A stretch of 64,000 bases of DNA from NCBI RefSeq assembly GCF_006345805.1, contig NC_043011.1, positions 18,612,464 to 18,676,463 on the forward strand, written 5' to 3'. Source of the stretch: Octopus sinensis. Taxonomy: Eukaryota. Below the pieces are notes generated by a model. The model worked only from the letters and a program-made list of their open reading frames with translations, searched no databases and was not told the origin of the DNA. The position numbers and the translations under genes were made by a program. Shown here piece by piece: positions 1 through 13,500 of this stretch (positions are counted from its first letter, which is position 1; each line of letters opens with the position of its first letter).

Positions 1-171
1 ACAAAGAACATCTACACACCCTCACCCACATGATTGACCGCTGCCTGACCCGTTAAAATCTTCAGCCACCGGTTCTCAACATACACTGATAAACAGTTTT
101 GCCATGGGCTCTTAGGACCCTAGTTCGATTTGTTTTGCTCCGCCTCTGTTTTGTTTTTCCAACGGATTTCC

Positions 172-264
172 TATTTCTTCCTGAAGAGAAAGACACAATA
201 TGGTCTCATTATTCAATCGGATTTTGGTAAATTGTGCCTTTCGAAACACGTGTAGAATGAAATA
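172..264 (+). ncRNA. Type I hammerhead ribozyme motif (apparently intact; predicted cleavage GUA 254/255)
   Basis: Core CTGAAGA 181-187. Stem II 188-199/231-242 pairs 11 of 12 bp. GAAA 243-246, palindromic stem III ACACGTGT 246-253. Stem I TATTTC-TTC 172-180 pairs with GAA-T-GAAATA 255-264. Confidence 0.85.
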
Positions 265-337
265 AAACGAATTCTGTTCAATCTTCGTTCAGCTCCATTT
301 CTTCAATTCACCAATAATATATATATATATACATATA

Positions 338-432
<95 letters not shown>

Positions 433-435
433 CAA

Positions 436-552
436 ATGGCCTGCTCGCTTAGCCAGCGGGGTGGCGTCATCTGAAGGCTAAAAACAATGCGAACCGCATT
501 GTGACCAGCGATGTTTAGCAACATCTGATAGCCTGGTCGGTCACGGTGATAT
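436..552 (+). mobile_element. 5'-truncated SINE tail fragment between (TA)n tracts
   Basis: Closely matches the reverse complement of 34378-34497, where the same sequence is joined to a tRNA-like SINE head. Confidence 0.65.
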
Positions 553-567
553 ACATACATAAGTATA

Positions 568-625
<58 letters not shown>

Positions 626-635
626 CATATATATA

Positions 636-671
<36 letters not shown>

Positions 672-682
<11 letters not shown>

Positions 683-1159
683 GAGGGCATTATTACACAT
701 AAATGCCACACGCTAGAAGGGACTTTTAAAGTCATAACTACCAAAAATAAACGAATCGTACATTTAAAAACAGAATTTAGTTCAAGATCGCATGTGATTT
801 CGCAATTAACGTATTATCTACGTCTCTTGTTCTTCAGTGAAACGAATTCAAAATATATCATGAATGAACAAGACCAACATAACCGGCGGAACCAAACAGA
901 CAACCGTCGCCTCCATCGCAGCACATGAAAATGCTCACTCCTCATATATTTATGTAAATGGCGGGCTTTTTCGAACTGCATTTCGGTCTCTTCGGAACAA
1001 ATTTTAAAATTAGGATAAAATCTTAATAAGAAATCTTAATAAGAAATTATCAGGTAGATAGCGTGAAAAACCACATAAGAGAAAATATCTGTAAATTTTT
1101 TCACTTGAAAATATTTATTTATATTATATAGAGGGCATTATTACACATAAATGCCACAC
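672..1159 (-). mobile_element. Short ORF-less element with 40-bp direct terminal repeats and a degenerate hammerhead motif
   Basis: TATATTATATAGAGGGCATTATTACACATAAATGCCACAC occurs at 672-711 and 1120-1159. The minus strand has CTGAAGA (837-831) ... GAAATCACATGCGATC. Shares AATTTAGTTC and CGCTAGAA motifs with the 18885-19386 element. Confidence 0.6.
773..849 (-). ncRNA. Degenerate type I hammerhead-like motif (AUC triplet)
   Basis: CTGAAGA-ACAA...TTGC-GAAA-TCACATGCGATC. Stem III is a near-palindrome; stems I and II are imperfect. Confidence 0.45.
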
Positions 1160-1344
1160 TTAATTTATACTAAATAATATAGGAAAATGAATGGGTTATT
1201 TCCCTTGGCTACGCATAGTTATATTATATGTGGATCCCTTCCATGTGCCCTAGTCATCCAATTATAGATGTTCATTATATTGATGTTACTTTAGCATGTT
1301 TGACATAAAGAGACAAAGAAAGAGACAACTTGCTTTTATATATG

Positions 1345-1425
<81 letters not shown>

Positions 1426-4400
1426 TATGTATGTATGTATGTATGCATGTATGTATGTATTTATGTATGCAAAAGAATCGGTGTTTTCTTAAATTACCTC
1501 TGTCGAAACCCTCTGGTCAATCCGCTATTACACTTAAGGTGGTTTAGCTGCTCCTCATATATTTTATATGAGGCTCGTGATTCATGTCCTCAACGTACAT
1601 GATCCACTTAAAAGTCATTCCATCATTTTTACCACAAACCTCTAGCTTTAATTGTCTAGAGATATTTCTATGAAGTATAACAAAAAGAAACGCGCGTATC
1701 TTGCTTATTCTAAGTGAAATATCATCTTACTTTCAGATGAAATATCATCTGGCAAGTCGTCCCGAAAAATTTTTAAAAGCTTCACGTCGAACATGAATGA
1801 GGCCTAATGTCAGTTTAAACTAATTCCCCCAAAAGTTTCGAGAAAAATTAGTTCTAAAACTAGTCCTGGCCTTTCTAGTACTGGAATGTCCAACTATTTT
1901 ACTGAAAATCTAAATCGCAGCATTTAAATTTTTGTTCATTTCTAATTATATAAATGCATTGATATAAATACCTAAATATAAATAACCCGCAAATATGATA
2001 AACACAGTTCAAAGCATAAAAATCGTAGAAGTATCAGCATGAATGTTCAGAAGTAAGCAGGCCACACATAGATTAGTGGAACATATTTTCAAATACACAT
2101 ATTTGCAAATTGTCGCCAAAACTAATCCAGACCAATTATTATAAAAATATTGTAGATAATCTATATATGGTTGCAAACCTAGAACTATATCTTAACGAAT
2201 TTCGTGAGATGAATGGAATATTAGAGTATTAATCACAAGCAATACCAGAAATGAATGAATGTAGATCTAACTCTTAATAAAATAGGCAGCGTTAATATTT
2301 GCCATGAGGTAACTGAATCAAAATACACATTTCATTTATTGCGGTAACTCTGACCTATTTACATCATGGAAGTGTGGGATTTGAATAGATAAAAGTGAAC
2401 GACTCTAACGAGCATAAAGGAGTTTGAGTTGTTCCTCGTGAGCTGTGAAATCATTGTTATGAATCAGATTAGCATTTTTTCAGCTCGTATTACACTAAAT
2501 TTGAAAGAATATTTGATTTATTTCATACATATTAGTTATAGACTGATTCAAAATGAACATGCACGCAATGCTACCCAGAAAACCATATCTCCCGTGCTGT
2601 GAGTCTATTGAAAGCAGAAATTAAAATATTGTTTCCAAAAGGAATAAAGCTAAAAGTTAACATGGTATAGCGAAGTGTTGAAATGAACAATCACCTTATA
2701 ATTACATAAGCTTAACGATGCTTATTCGCAGGATAATTTTCTAATCTATAGTTATTCTCGGATATATTCATGCTAAAGTGTAAATATGAAATATTGAGTA
2801 AATGCGAGATAATAATTATTACAAAGAATTAAATATTTCTGAAATCTCATTAGATAATACAAAACAGAAAACATAATAAATATTTTCAGTAAAAGATAAG
2901 AAAATAGTTATTTAGAATACTTTATGGATACGTTTGCAAGTCTATTTTTATAGAGTGCAAATGTGCAATAATTTCGAAAGACATCCTGTTTTATATGGTG
3001 TACCCGACTCTTAAGCGGTTCAGCATCGAAATATAGGAACTTTTTTTAACACATTAATTTTGAAAGACATGAATAACTCATGTTTAGAAATTGTGAGAAT
3101 TTGTAATATTATGAACCTGAATAAATTTACGAAAGAATACCTGAGAAAATTTTTTTTTAAATTGAAAAGAATGGCAGATCTATCGAGAAGTAAATCTGAG
3201 TTACGTGTAGAAACGAGATATTCCGATCGAATATATAAAATGCAGGGAGAACTCACAAAGGCGAATAAATCTCAAGTATTATTCGTTTCTGATAGAATTA
3301 CTATAATTGTAAAGGGTATATTTAAGTGCAGTGGGAAAATACTTCGTGAGGAAAATATAAATCATCTTTATTCATATGTGGAATTCGACTTATTATAAAA
3401 TAGTTGAACTTTCCGAGGAGTGGTCCCTAGAATGGCTAGCTAATTTAAAATATTCACAAAAAAGTTCCTCCATACATCGCAGTGGTGTGAATTAAAGTTA
3501 AGTTATTTTGCAATATATGCATATCAAAATACTGTAACATGCATACCACATTTGTGATATAAATATAATATAACAGAAGGAACTAGGAGAATAACGTTAG
3601 GCATTACCGGTACAAGAGTAACAGCTAAAATATTTTATGTAAATAGAAGACTAAATCTTTATATTCCACAAAGAATAATGCCGCTAAAATGTGTTGTGCA
3701 TCATAACATATCAATTCCTGCAGTTATATACATGCGGGAATTGTATACATACAAGGTAAAATAAGGATTGCACCAGAATCATGTACTTGAACAGATATAC
3801 ACCAGGTAGCGTTGGATAAATCTGTGGTTCCAGCCTATGGTTGGAAAGTGTCATATATGATTTTCCACTTGTATACACAGAGAAAACCAACCCTATGAGA
3901 GTTTATCCCCCAGGAGTTAGTCGAAATAATGCGTTACTTTGAATAGTACGTTGTTGGTATTCTGTAGGGTGTCCGATAAGTGGCAAATACCTTTGGTGTT
4001 TTATGATCAAGTAACAGATCAAATACTACAGATGTAATAATTAATAATAAACTACACCTTCGTCTTTCCGGAATACATAAGATTACACGCACCTGTAAAT
4101 ATGTTAAGGACATTTAAACAACCACTATAATAGCTCCTAACCTAGAGACAATCTAATTTCCCCCTCTATTGCTCATCCAATAGTCGACCGATCTGAGTCC
4201 TATTTGTTTCGTTTCATTTCACCATTACTTTCTAACTGTTCTTACTATACTTGCATGGTGTGCTATGTTAAAGGAACTAAGGATTCTATTTGTTACGTAC
4301 CGGTATTACAAATGGTTTGTAAGAAACAGTTGTAATGAGCTGACAACTATTCAACGTATGTTATTATTCCTTTGATTATATATGCATTTACATATATATT

Positions 4401-5149
4401 TATATATATTCGAATACACACACATATATTTATACACACACTCACACGTGTGTGTGTGGTTTATATCTGTATGTATGTGTATTTCTTTTTCGTGCACATT
4501 AATGTTTAATTCCTCAATGAAAACGAGATGACAATGAAACAAAAATTTTTTTATCGAAAACATTGTCTTCGCTTAGAAAGAAAAAATAATAGGATATTAA
4601 ATAAGCATAAAGTATACCAAGGGAAGCGGCCAGGTAATCTATCCAAAATATTTCAGAATACAAATACAATGTAGCGCCATGGAAAATATCGAAAAAAAAT
4701 TTATAATAGATAAAATAATCGGTTTAAACAAAGAATTATGCTATAGAGTTACGATGAGGCATTTCGTATGAAACCCTTCAATTCTAAATTATCGTCAGAA
4801 ATCCAACAGAAAAACACATATTTCAAGCATATAGTTAGGTAGGATGTTTACTCAGAAAAAAACAAAGCAACAAATTATTTCTCTCATAAGATGATTGGAG
4901 GAAATTTCAGCAACAAAACCCGAAAACAATATATTTAGTACAATACGATGACATTTATTACATGGTTTAAAAGAACGCCCACCACATATTCGGAAATGAT
5001 TAGTTTCCAGATGTTGTCAATGCTTCACGGGAATCATTTTTCCGAGATGTTCATTCTTACATTCGCAAAACGTACGTATACGTAATGCATATATTACATA
5101 CATGAGTACATTGATACATACATACACACGTATATTATATATATATAAC

Positions 5150-5640
5150 AGTAGTTAGGGCAGCGGATTCACGGTCATGGGATCGCAGTTTCAATTCCCA
5201 GACAGGGCGTTGTGTTTATGGAGCGAAAACACCTAACCTTCCACGAGGCTGCGGCAGGGAGTTGTGATGAACCTACGGTATTTTTCACCACGAACTCTTC
5301 ACACGCTTTCTTCTTCTTTCTTTTGTCCCTGTATTTCAAAGGGCCAACCTTGTCACACACTGTGTCACGCTGAATCACCCCGAGATCTATGCAACGGGTA
5401 CACGTGTCGGTGGAGTGCCCAGCCACTTAAACGTTAATTTCACGAACATGCTGATCCATTGATATATATATAATATCCGCCTGAACAACACGCCGTTCCT
5501 TGCAGGACTGTGCATCTTTTGCCAGGTGAGTGGACTGGGCTGATGTGAATTGAAGTATTTTTTTCTCAGGAACACAACGCGGTCGCCCGTCTCAAGATTC
5601 GAAACTAAAATTTTACTATCATGAGTTTAACACTCTAATA
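5150..5640 (+). mobile_element. tRNA-derived SINE with two convergent tRNA-like heads
   Basis: A/B-box-like head at about 5150-5215 (AGTAGTTAGG...AGTTTCAATTCCC). An inverted head at 5570-5640 reads TTAGAGTG...AGTTTCGAATCT...GGGCGACCGCGTTGTGTT on the minus strand. Confidence 0.65.
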
Positions 5641-5664
5641 AATAACACACGCATTTTCACTATA

Positions 5665-5738
5665 TATATATACTAATACAATTGTTTGTTTGTATTCCAC
5701 CTGCCTTCGTCTTTTGTCTATTTTCATAAAGCTTCCCG

Positions 5739-5740
<2 letters not shown>
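5665..5740 (+). mobile_element. Penelope-like pLTR 3'-end fragment abutting (TA)n
   Basis: ACTAATACA...CCACCTGCCTTCGTCTTTTG resembles the pLTR 3' ends at 6100-6174 and 30030-30100. Confidence 0.5.
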
Positions 5741-5803
<63 letters not shown>

Positions 5804-5818
5804 TATATATATATATAC

Positions 5819-5931
<113 letters not shown>

Positions 5932-6020
5932 CAAGGGCGGTGCCCCAGCATGGCCTCAGCCGGATGGCTGAAACAAGTAAAAGAGTAAAAGAGTATATAT
6001 ATATATATATATACATATAT

Positions 6021-6190
6021 AGCGAGAATTCCCCCAAAAAAGATGAAAACAGGTGGTGTAGACAAAAGCGTAGGCTCGAAACGTTAAGGCCTTTTTCACT
6101 TCCCGAACGTTAAACTAATATATGTGCTTGTTGTCTACACCACCTGTTTTCATCTTTTTTGGGGAATTCTCGCTATATATGTATATATAT

Positions 6191-6256
<66 letters not shown>

Positions 6257-6400
6257 ATATATATACATATATAGCGAGAATTCCCCAAAAAAAGATGAAA
6301 ACAGGTGGTGTAGACAACAAGCACATATATTAGTTTAACGTTCGGGAAGTGAAAAAGGCCTTAACGTTTCGAGCCTACGCTTTTCCGCAGAAAAGAACAC
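6021..6400. mobile_element. Cluster of three inverted Penelope-like pLTR copies around a (TA)n tract
   Basis: 6064-6174 (+) is near-identical to the reverse complement of 6273-6384. 6021-6065 is a further inverted copy of the 3'-terminal 45 bp. The minus copy carries CTGCGGA-A-AAGCGTAGGCTC-GAAACGTT. Confidence 0.8.
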
Positions 6401-6439
6401 AGACAGAAACAAGGAGAGGAAATAAAGTATGTGTCATGG

Positions 6440-7085
6440 CTATATATATATTTCAACACACCATCTAAGGAACCTAGAAGCATACAAGATCAGCCACTAG
6501 AACATACCGCTCTTTATGAATGCCCTGCGAATGAAAAAGTCACTGGAAATACTTAGAAAGCAAGGGACAAACGCAGTCCCCCCAAATTTCCTCACCACTG
6601 CCAAATTACCCACCAAAAGTACAACCACACCAGACGAAAAGTGCAACTGCCCTAACTATGGGACCTGTATTTTCCTCTTAGAGGGCCCAACGTAAAAATT
6701 CTGTCAGATAAAACTTTTACCATAATAAGTCACTTTACCTGTGCTTCCACTTCACCTTTGCTTCAAAGATTCTGTGTTTACGAATGTGGTGGAGACTACA
6801 TAGGTCAATCTAGAATGACCTTGAGGGACAGACTTATGGTACATAGGCAACAAATACGGGACACCACGACGTGGAATATTCACGTAAGAAAACACCTAGA
6901 TCAATGGCCTGCAACCATAAACCCGAAATACCAAATCTCTCCTCCCTATTAATGCACAGGAAATAAGGAAAGCATTAACAATATAAACTATAGCTGAAAA
7001 TCCTTTACAAAGATGGAGAAACACTAAAGGAAAAATTTTAAAAGATACAAATTCTCCACAAAAATCAACCGGATACAACAGACAT
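6440..7085 (+). mobile_element. Penelope-like element ORF remnant (Cys-rich linker plus GIY-YIG endonuclease), disrupted
   Basis: Translations KCNCPNYGTC, YECGGDYIGQSRMTLRDRLMVHRQQIRD and a terminal GYN motif; stops and frameshifts present. Confidence 0.85.
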
Positions 7086-7151
7086 TATTCAAATAAAAAT
7101 TAGTAAGTCTTCCACGAGCATTTCGAAACTGCAACTTCAAATTATCATACA

Positions 7152-7169
<18 letters not shown>

Positions 7170-7182
<13 letters not shown>

Positions 7183-7706
7183 CTTAAATGTGTAATGGTG
7201 TCAGTCTGAGTGTGTGTTTTTTGCGACGGAGGTTATTGTAACTCATTTCACAGTATTCAATCGACTTTAATGATTTCTGGCACATCGCCTCAAAAACTCG
7301 ATAATGCCAGTTGGCATCGATTATTGTGAGCTCAATCAGGCGTTTGAATAGTAGTTCCCATAGATCATAGATGTTATTTTCACTACAGGTTTAGCATTGT
7401 TTGTCCGATTTTGATGAAAATCGATGCGTGCGTGAGGCTCAGGACAGTGAGGCGATATCAGCATATGGTTCCTCCGTTAACAAAACTCCATCGCCTGCCG
7501 TGACCATTTTTCGTCCGCCTGCCGTGATTCTTTTTCCTCTACCTGCCATACATCCACTCATCCTGCGAAAGCTTGTAGAACCAGAGAGATCATCTTAATG
7601 GGTAATAGTTGGCACAGTGAACGTAGAAGATTTCGTAGAAGGTCAAAGGTGGGGTGCTTAATTTCAACAAGGAAAACACGAGCAACGCTGGGTCCAACAA
7701 TTAGTA
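7170..7706 (+). mobile_element. Probable non-autonomous Helitron
   Basis: 3' end GAGCAACGCTGGGT...TTAGT resembles the Helitron subterminal hairpin plus CTAGT terminus. The 5' end starts in TA followed by a TGTC/TGTG-rich stretch. Confidence 0.45.
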
Positions 7707-8499
7707 TATATATATATATATATATATATAGTTATCGCGGAGCTAACATGGTAGTCTAGAAAGTAGGACGAATTTTGTCGTTGATTAGCTCCAAGAGTCC
7801 ATCGCCTCTAGTTATCTAGAAATGGACACTGGTTTTTGTGTCACATTCGTCTCATCTCCACTTATATCAGAATACAATCATTGACAAAATTCTGAAATGA
7901 AATATTGTGGCCGTTGTAAAGTGCATACCTAACATACAACAATATAATTTTCAAGATTCTTAGACTTAGTATCCTTGACTGTCTAATATAGTTAACCTAC
8001 ATATGAAACACTGAATAATATTGGTTTTTGCTTTATTTATATCTACAAATTAATGTACTATTTTCTCGCAATTTATTGTACATTTACTTCTGCAATGTTC
8101 TTTGATATATGGGATAATGACGGATTGTTATATTAGTTTCTTAGGCTCCTTTTCCTTCCAGAAAAATTAAGACAAAGCAGTCGTTGTCAATAAACGTTCT
8201 ATAACACACACGAAGAAAAGCAGAAACACACATACATGCATAAACCAACACATTCAGAGAGAAGTTGGCACAAGCTTACGTGTATACATATATATTTTTT
8301 TCTCTGAGTGTATGTGTGTGTGAGTGTGTGTGTGTATGTGTGAATGTGTGCGCGCGTGTGTGTGTGAGAGTGTACTGTCTGTATGTGTGTGATGCCAAAT
8401 GCATACCTTTCGAAATCTGATGCGTTGTAGCGGTCACGAGTCCAACAGAAGCTAGGTTTCTTGTGGATATAACTGTCTTTTTCGAATCTTCGGGAAACA

Positions 8500-9545
8500 T
8501 ACCCATACATAGTCATTTGGTTTGTATGCTGAGCGTTTCCGATCCAAATCTTAACTGAGATATATTAGTCCGACTATTTCGAGGTTGTGGGAAAGGTTAT
8601 CAGGAAGAGAGAGCTTCCCGAGGAGGTCACAGTCCTCTTAAATGTTCAGCACTAAGTTAATGCGTTTAGTTTTGCTACTGGTATGTAGCAGGTGCTGTCT
8701 GAGAGATACTTTACGATATTCGAATGTTGTCAGCACTTATCACAAGTCTCTACTTCCTTCATCTCTTCGTTGGTAGAAACAGTCGACATCACTATTTCGA
8801 AGGAGATTTCCAGATGATGTCAGTATATTATACACTTTAACGTCGTCTATTGAGTGAATTTCCTCTGCAGACTACTCGATTAACCCAAATGTTGGCATGA
8901 GCATTGGTACTGTAAATGCATCGTGGGATATTGTCTTGTTGCAATAGAAGTGTTCGACTGCTGTTGTTTCCTGCGTTATGCATATTCCCTATATCTTTAT
9001 TCACAGTTCCTTTGGGTGATATGCTTTCAGCAATGCCTAGATATTTGAAGCATTCTTTATGTCGGGCAGGAGAAACAGTGATTCTATGTATGTGCAGATT
9101 GTCCACGTTCAACAATCAAATATGAACATTTCTTTTGGCCAAATTCCATTCCTATGTGAGCTGAAAATTTTGATGTTAATTCCAGTTGCTATTTTTGGAT
9201 TCGTTAAAATTTTGAACATAAATCTTAATGTCATCCACAGGGAAATTGTGGCTTACATTAATATTTTTTGCAGATCCTACCATGTAGTAATATTTATTTT
9301 GTAGCTGGAAAGATAATGATTTTTATGTCGAATTAAAAGAATTATAAAAACCGATCTCCTTGAAATAGTCCTTCTCAAATCGAAATAATATTGGAGACAT
9401 TCACTCCTGTCTCTTCTCTAGTGTAAGAATAAATTCTGAGGTCTTTGAGCCTTTCTATGGTAGCAATAGACCTAGTAAGCATATTTGCTAAATGCCAACA
9501 CTTTGGCAGCGTGGAAGAGAGTTGAATCCTTTCCTATAGTCAGTA
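8500..9545 (-). mobile_element. R4/Dong-like non-LTR retrotransposon reverse transcriptase remnant
   Basis: Minus-strand motifs in order: DYRKGFNSLP, GLFQGD, VDDIKIY, IGMEFGQKKC, CFKYLGIAE. Many frameshifts. Confidence 0.85.
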
Positions 9546-10236
9546 TTAAAGCTCCTACAGTGTTTTTCTTTTGTTTTATTTCAAACAGTACAGCTTTGTT
9601 TATGAAAGGGATTTAGCACATCCCCACTCACCATTTCCTCCTCCATGCTCAATACTCACGATGTATGTATATACGTGCGCATGCGCGCATGTGCATACGC
9701 TTACACATTTGTACAGATACCAATATTAAATTATTGAAATTAATTTTGCAACATCATATACATCCCCCTAACAATACTAAAAGAAAGTACACCATACACA
9801 CGACATTTTTCTATTCTCTCAGCACATTGGTTCATGCATTTATATTAATACAATTCACGCATCATATACTATGTTCGAAGTTGTAGACGACGCGAATACT
9901 TGTGTCTCTCTAAGATAAACCTAGTTGGCAGACACACAAGATTTCATGGCTTGGTGGTAGAGGTTATTTATAAATTTCTTCTAATTATTAATTTTGGCTA
10001 TTGTTCCCATTTCTGTGGATAGAGAAACGCCGCCAACGTCAGTGCCCTTATATTGACTCCCTTATAAACTAGAATCGTTAGCTGCTCACTGCTCTTTAAG
10101 TGCTGTTTCAATTTTAGTTTGACTAATGATTTTATTTTACATTCATGAACGCTGGCTGATGCGGTGGAGGAGAGTATAAAGCTAAAGAAAATGTAGTGTT
10201 ATTTTTCGACTCAGTGAAATGTAGACAGTGGAGGCC

Positions 10237-10530
10237 ATGACCTAGTGGTTACAGCAGCGAACTCGCGGTCAAGAGATCGGGGTTTCGAATCTGAGACCGG
10301 GCGATGTGTGTGGTTATGAACGAAACAGCTAAGTACAACGCGGGTCTGGCAGAAGGTAATGGCGAACCTCTTTCGCCACAACTTTCTCTCACTCTTTCCT
10401 CCTGCATCTTGCAGCTCACCTGCGACGGACCAGCGTACTGTAAAGCTGGGAAACTCATACGCCAAGGAAACTGGGAAACCGGCCCTTATGAGCCAAGCAT
10501 GGCTCGAGAAGGAACAAACAACAACAACGA
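10237..10530 (+). mobile_element. tRNA-derived SINE with (AAC)n tail
   Basis: TGGAGGCCATGACCTAGTGGTTA (A box) ... GGTTTCGAATCT (B box). The head is related to 34500-34690. Confidence 0.75.
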
Positions 10531-13500
10531 AATATTGATAGTAAGCAACATGCCTTCCAGTAGAGATAGATGTTAGATGTGAACTAGCTGCAAAGGAGAC
10601 AAAGGGTATTGCCATACATTGATCCGATGACCCTGAGGAAGCCAAAACTTGCATCCTGCTCAAGAGAAAGAAAGATCGGTGTAGCAATATCGCCCATTGA
10701 GGATGATACAATGTTTATCAACATCAAACTTAAAATGCTTGTGTTGTTGCGCGAGTATTTTGTCGCTTTTGTCGGTGGAAGACTCCTGGCATCTCTAGTG
10801 CATCGATAAAAGTGGACAAAAGCGCTGGAGTTACTTCACTACCGGATGAGATACAGAATGCTGCATTCGGAATGGGCGTACAGCAGGCACCACACCACAA
10901 ACGTGTGCGCACACTCACATTCAGATACACACAAATATTCATGTATGGTCGTCTGAATACGCAATATCATCTATATATATTTTTTCAGTATATTCATATT
11001 AAAATTCTTAAGGAAAGTAAAGATGTCTTGCGAATCACATATTTCAGGAGCTGTAAGAACAATATCCTCAGCATTTGTGTATTTTTCATAAGACCTCTAC
11101 AGCTATGTAATGAGCAAAATGTTTAGATATTTGAATACGATGACGTTTAACTCATAAGGTTTCTAAATTATTTTGAAGATTACCGGCCAATTCAGTGCAA
11201 CTATTGCTCACAAATCAAAAGCTGTAGATGTAGCTGCATGTGTATGTAATTTTCTTTTGTTGCGGATTGCCTTTAATTTTTTCAGCATTAAAAGTCAAGC
11301 GAATAAAGAAAACAGTAGGACGTAATACGTCGGAAAATAAACACCTCTCTCACACGATAAAGGACCATATAAATAATTTTGTAAACACAGTGTAAGAAAC
11401 AGATAAACTTTGGAAAGGAATTCAGACAATTACTGCATTAGATGCAATAAAAAAAATAAGAATCATACACGTAAATAATGAGGTATGGTGAATTATCATT
11501 TTACAACTGTTATTCTGATGCTTTCCTCTTTGTAAATTATCATCAATTACACAATATATGATGCTACAGCAAAAGCAAGGAACTTTAAGTATATCTTAAG
11601 GAAATGATTGAATCAGCAGATTCAAACGTAAATGTATTGAAAGTATTATCTTTAAAAAAATCGCAATGTGCATTACATCATTCACTGATTATTTTTGCCT
11701 ATTACTCAATAGCCTTCAAACATATAAAACATTGCATAAATGAGACGACTGGGTAGTTATATTTAGTTATGTTTCATGTTTCATCAAAATTATGGATGGT
11801 AGCAAATATCATAAATCTGTGATCAACAACTATGGGAATATTATATGCCATGAGATATTTCTGATTATCTCTACATCACTGTTGCTGAAATTCTAAGTCT
11901 TAATTTATATAATTATATATTATTGAAGGTTATCCTAATTTCAGTATCGTTTCCTGGATCTCATCATATTACAACATGTCCCACAAGATATTACTTATTA
12001 TCAGAGTAAATACAGCAACTTGAATTATTGCTGAAACAGGCACAAATTTATAAATTGTTCACAGACTGAGATGACCTTGATATGTGATAAATATATTTCG
12101 AAAATAACTCGTATAAATTTGACTAAAACCATGCATGAGGCTTATATGAAAGACAAATTCACATGTTGACAGAAGCAAATATTCCGAAAATCTTTTGTTT
12201 AAAGATAGTGTAATCTAGACAGTGAAATAAAAACAGTGTGGCTTTCTATTCATTAAATCCTTAACTTGGAGGCTTTCAAAATGATTCACAAAGTATGCAG
12301 AGCATCCAACGTACATCATTACACTTATCCTATCTTTCAATGTAATAATAATATGTGTGTTACATTATATATTGAGATGAGGATTATCCTTGTCCCTTGA
12401 CACATTGTAGACATTCATGAAAGGGTAAAATCCGAATTATATGTAATGTAATCCAACTTCTGCTAAATCTTTAGTATATTTTCTCAGCAATTACTATTAT
12501 GTACATTAATTCCAGTGCTAGTTTGATACCATTGGTTGCTAAGGAGAACTATAGAGTGTAACGTCATTGGTTTGTACAACGTTTGAAAGATACGATGAGA
12601 CATATATGCTTAAAATTGGATGAGAAGTATATTTAAATTAAATGAATTATGTAAAGATTGAAGGGAAAATATAGAACAGTGTAGTTTAAGTAACTCGTTG
12701 GTGCTTAGGTTGGAGTATATAAAAGATGCGGTGGAGAAATGTTAGATTTAGCGACAGGGTAACGTAGAGCAATTGTTTCATCAGTGATTTTCTATATGAA
12801 GAATAAATTCTCCTGTTCCTGATAAGGCACATTTACTCCTTTGTAAGGGAGTCCAGAGCAAAATTTCCCGAGTAATATTCAGTACTGGGATGGTGCATAC
12901 TTAATAAAGTGACAGTTCACTGTTTTAAGAACTGCAAGCAAGTATTTACGAAGGAAAATATCCCATAACAGCAGCTACATAAACAGTGCCAGCGCTTGAT
13001 ATATTATGTCATTTGAAACGTGAAATATCAACTTACGAGTGGAGCAACGATTATAGAATTACATAAAAGTGACCCTCCGTTTTGCCGAAAACGACAAAGA
13101 GGCTTACAAATAAAAGATGTGTTCTGCAATCCGATTACAATGAGCGGAAGGTGAAGTGTTTGCTATGCAGAAGGGGCAATGCCATCGAGTAGAAATGTTG
13201 ATGGAGCAAATTCTCTAGGCGTGTTGTTATCTCTGTTATAAAGGATGTCGTGGAGGAGATAATTTGCATTGGTGAAGACACTGTCTATAACAATGGAGAT
13301 GGATGATTGACGAAGGAGGAATTCGATGAGAATGTCTTTATGACAAATGCGGAGTTCAACGCAGTGACTGCAGAACGAATAACATAGATTTCTCATAAGC
13401 CCTATTTCTGACACAGCTGGATGTTTACATAGTTTACATGGTGTGTAAGATACAAGGATTACAAGAACCATCTTTAGCGGGATGACAGTCCATCACATGT

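Noticed and set aside
3060-3398. 112-aa non-repetitive ORF
   Set aside because: Starts with TTG, is AT-rich and has no motif.
4755-4805. Minus-strand CTGACGA...GAAATGCCTCATC
   Set aside because: No stem I or stem II pairing; likely chance.
7100-7135. CCACGA-GCATTTC-GAAACTGCAAC after a Penelope ORF
   Set aside because: Too degenerate to call a hammerhead, although the position fits.
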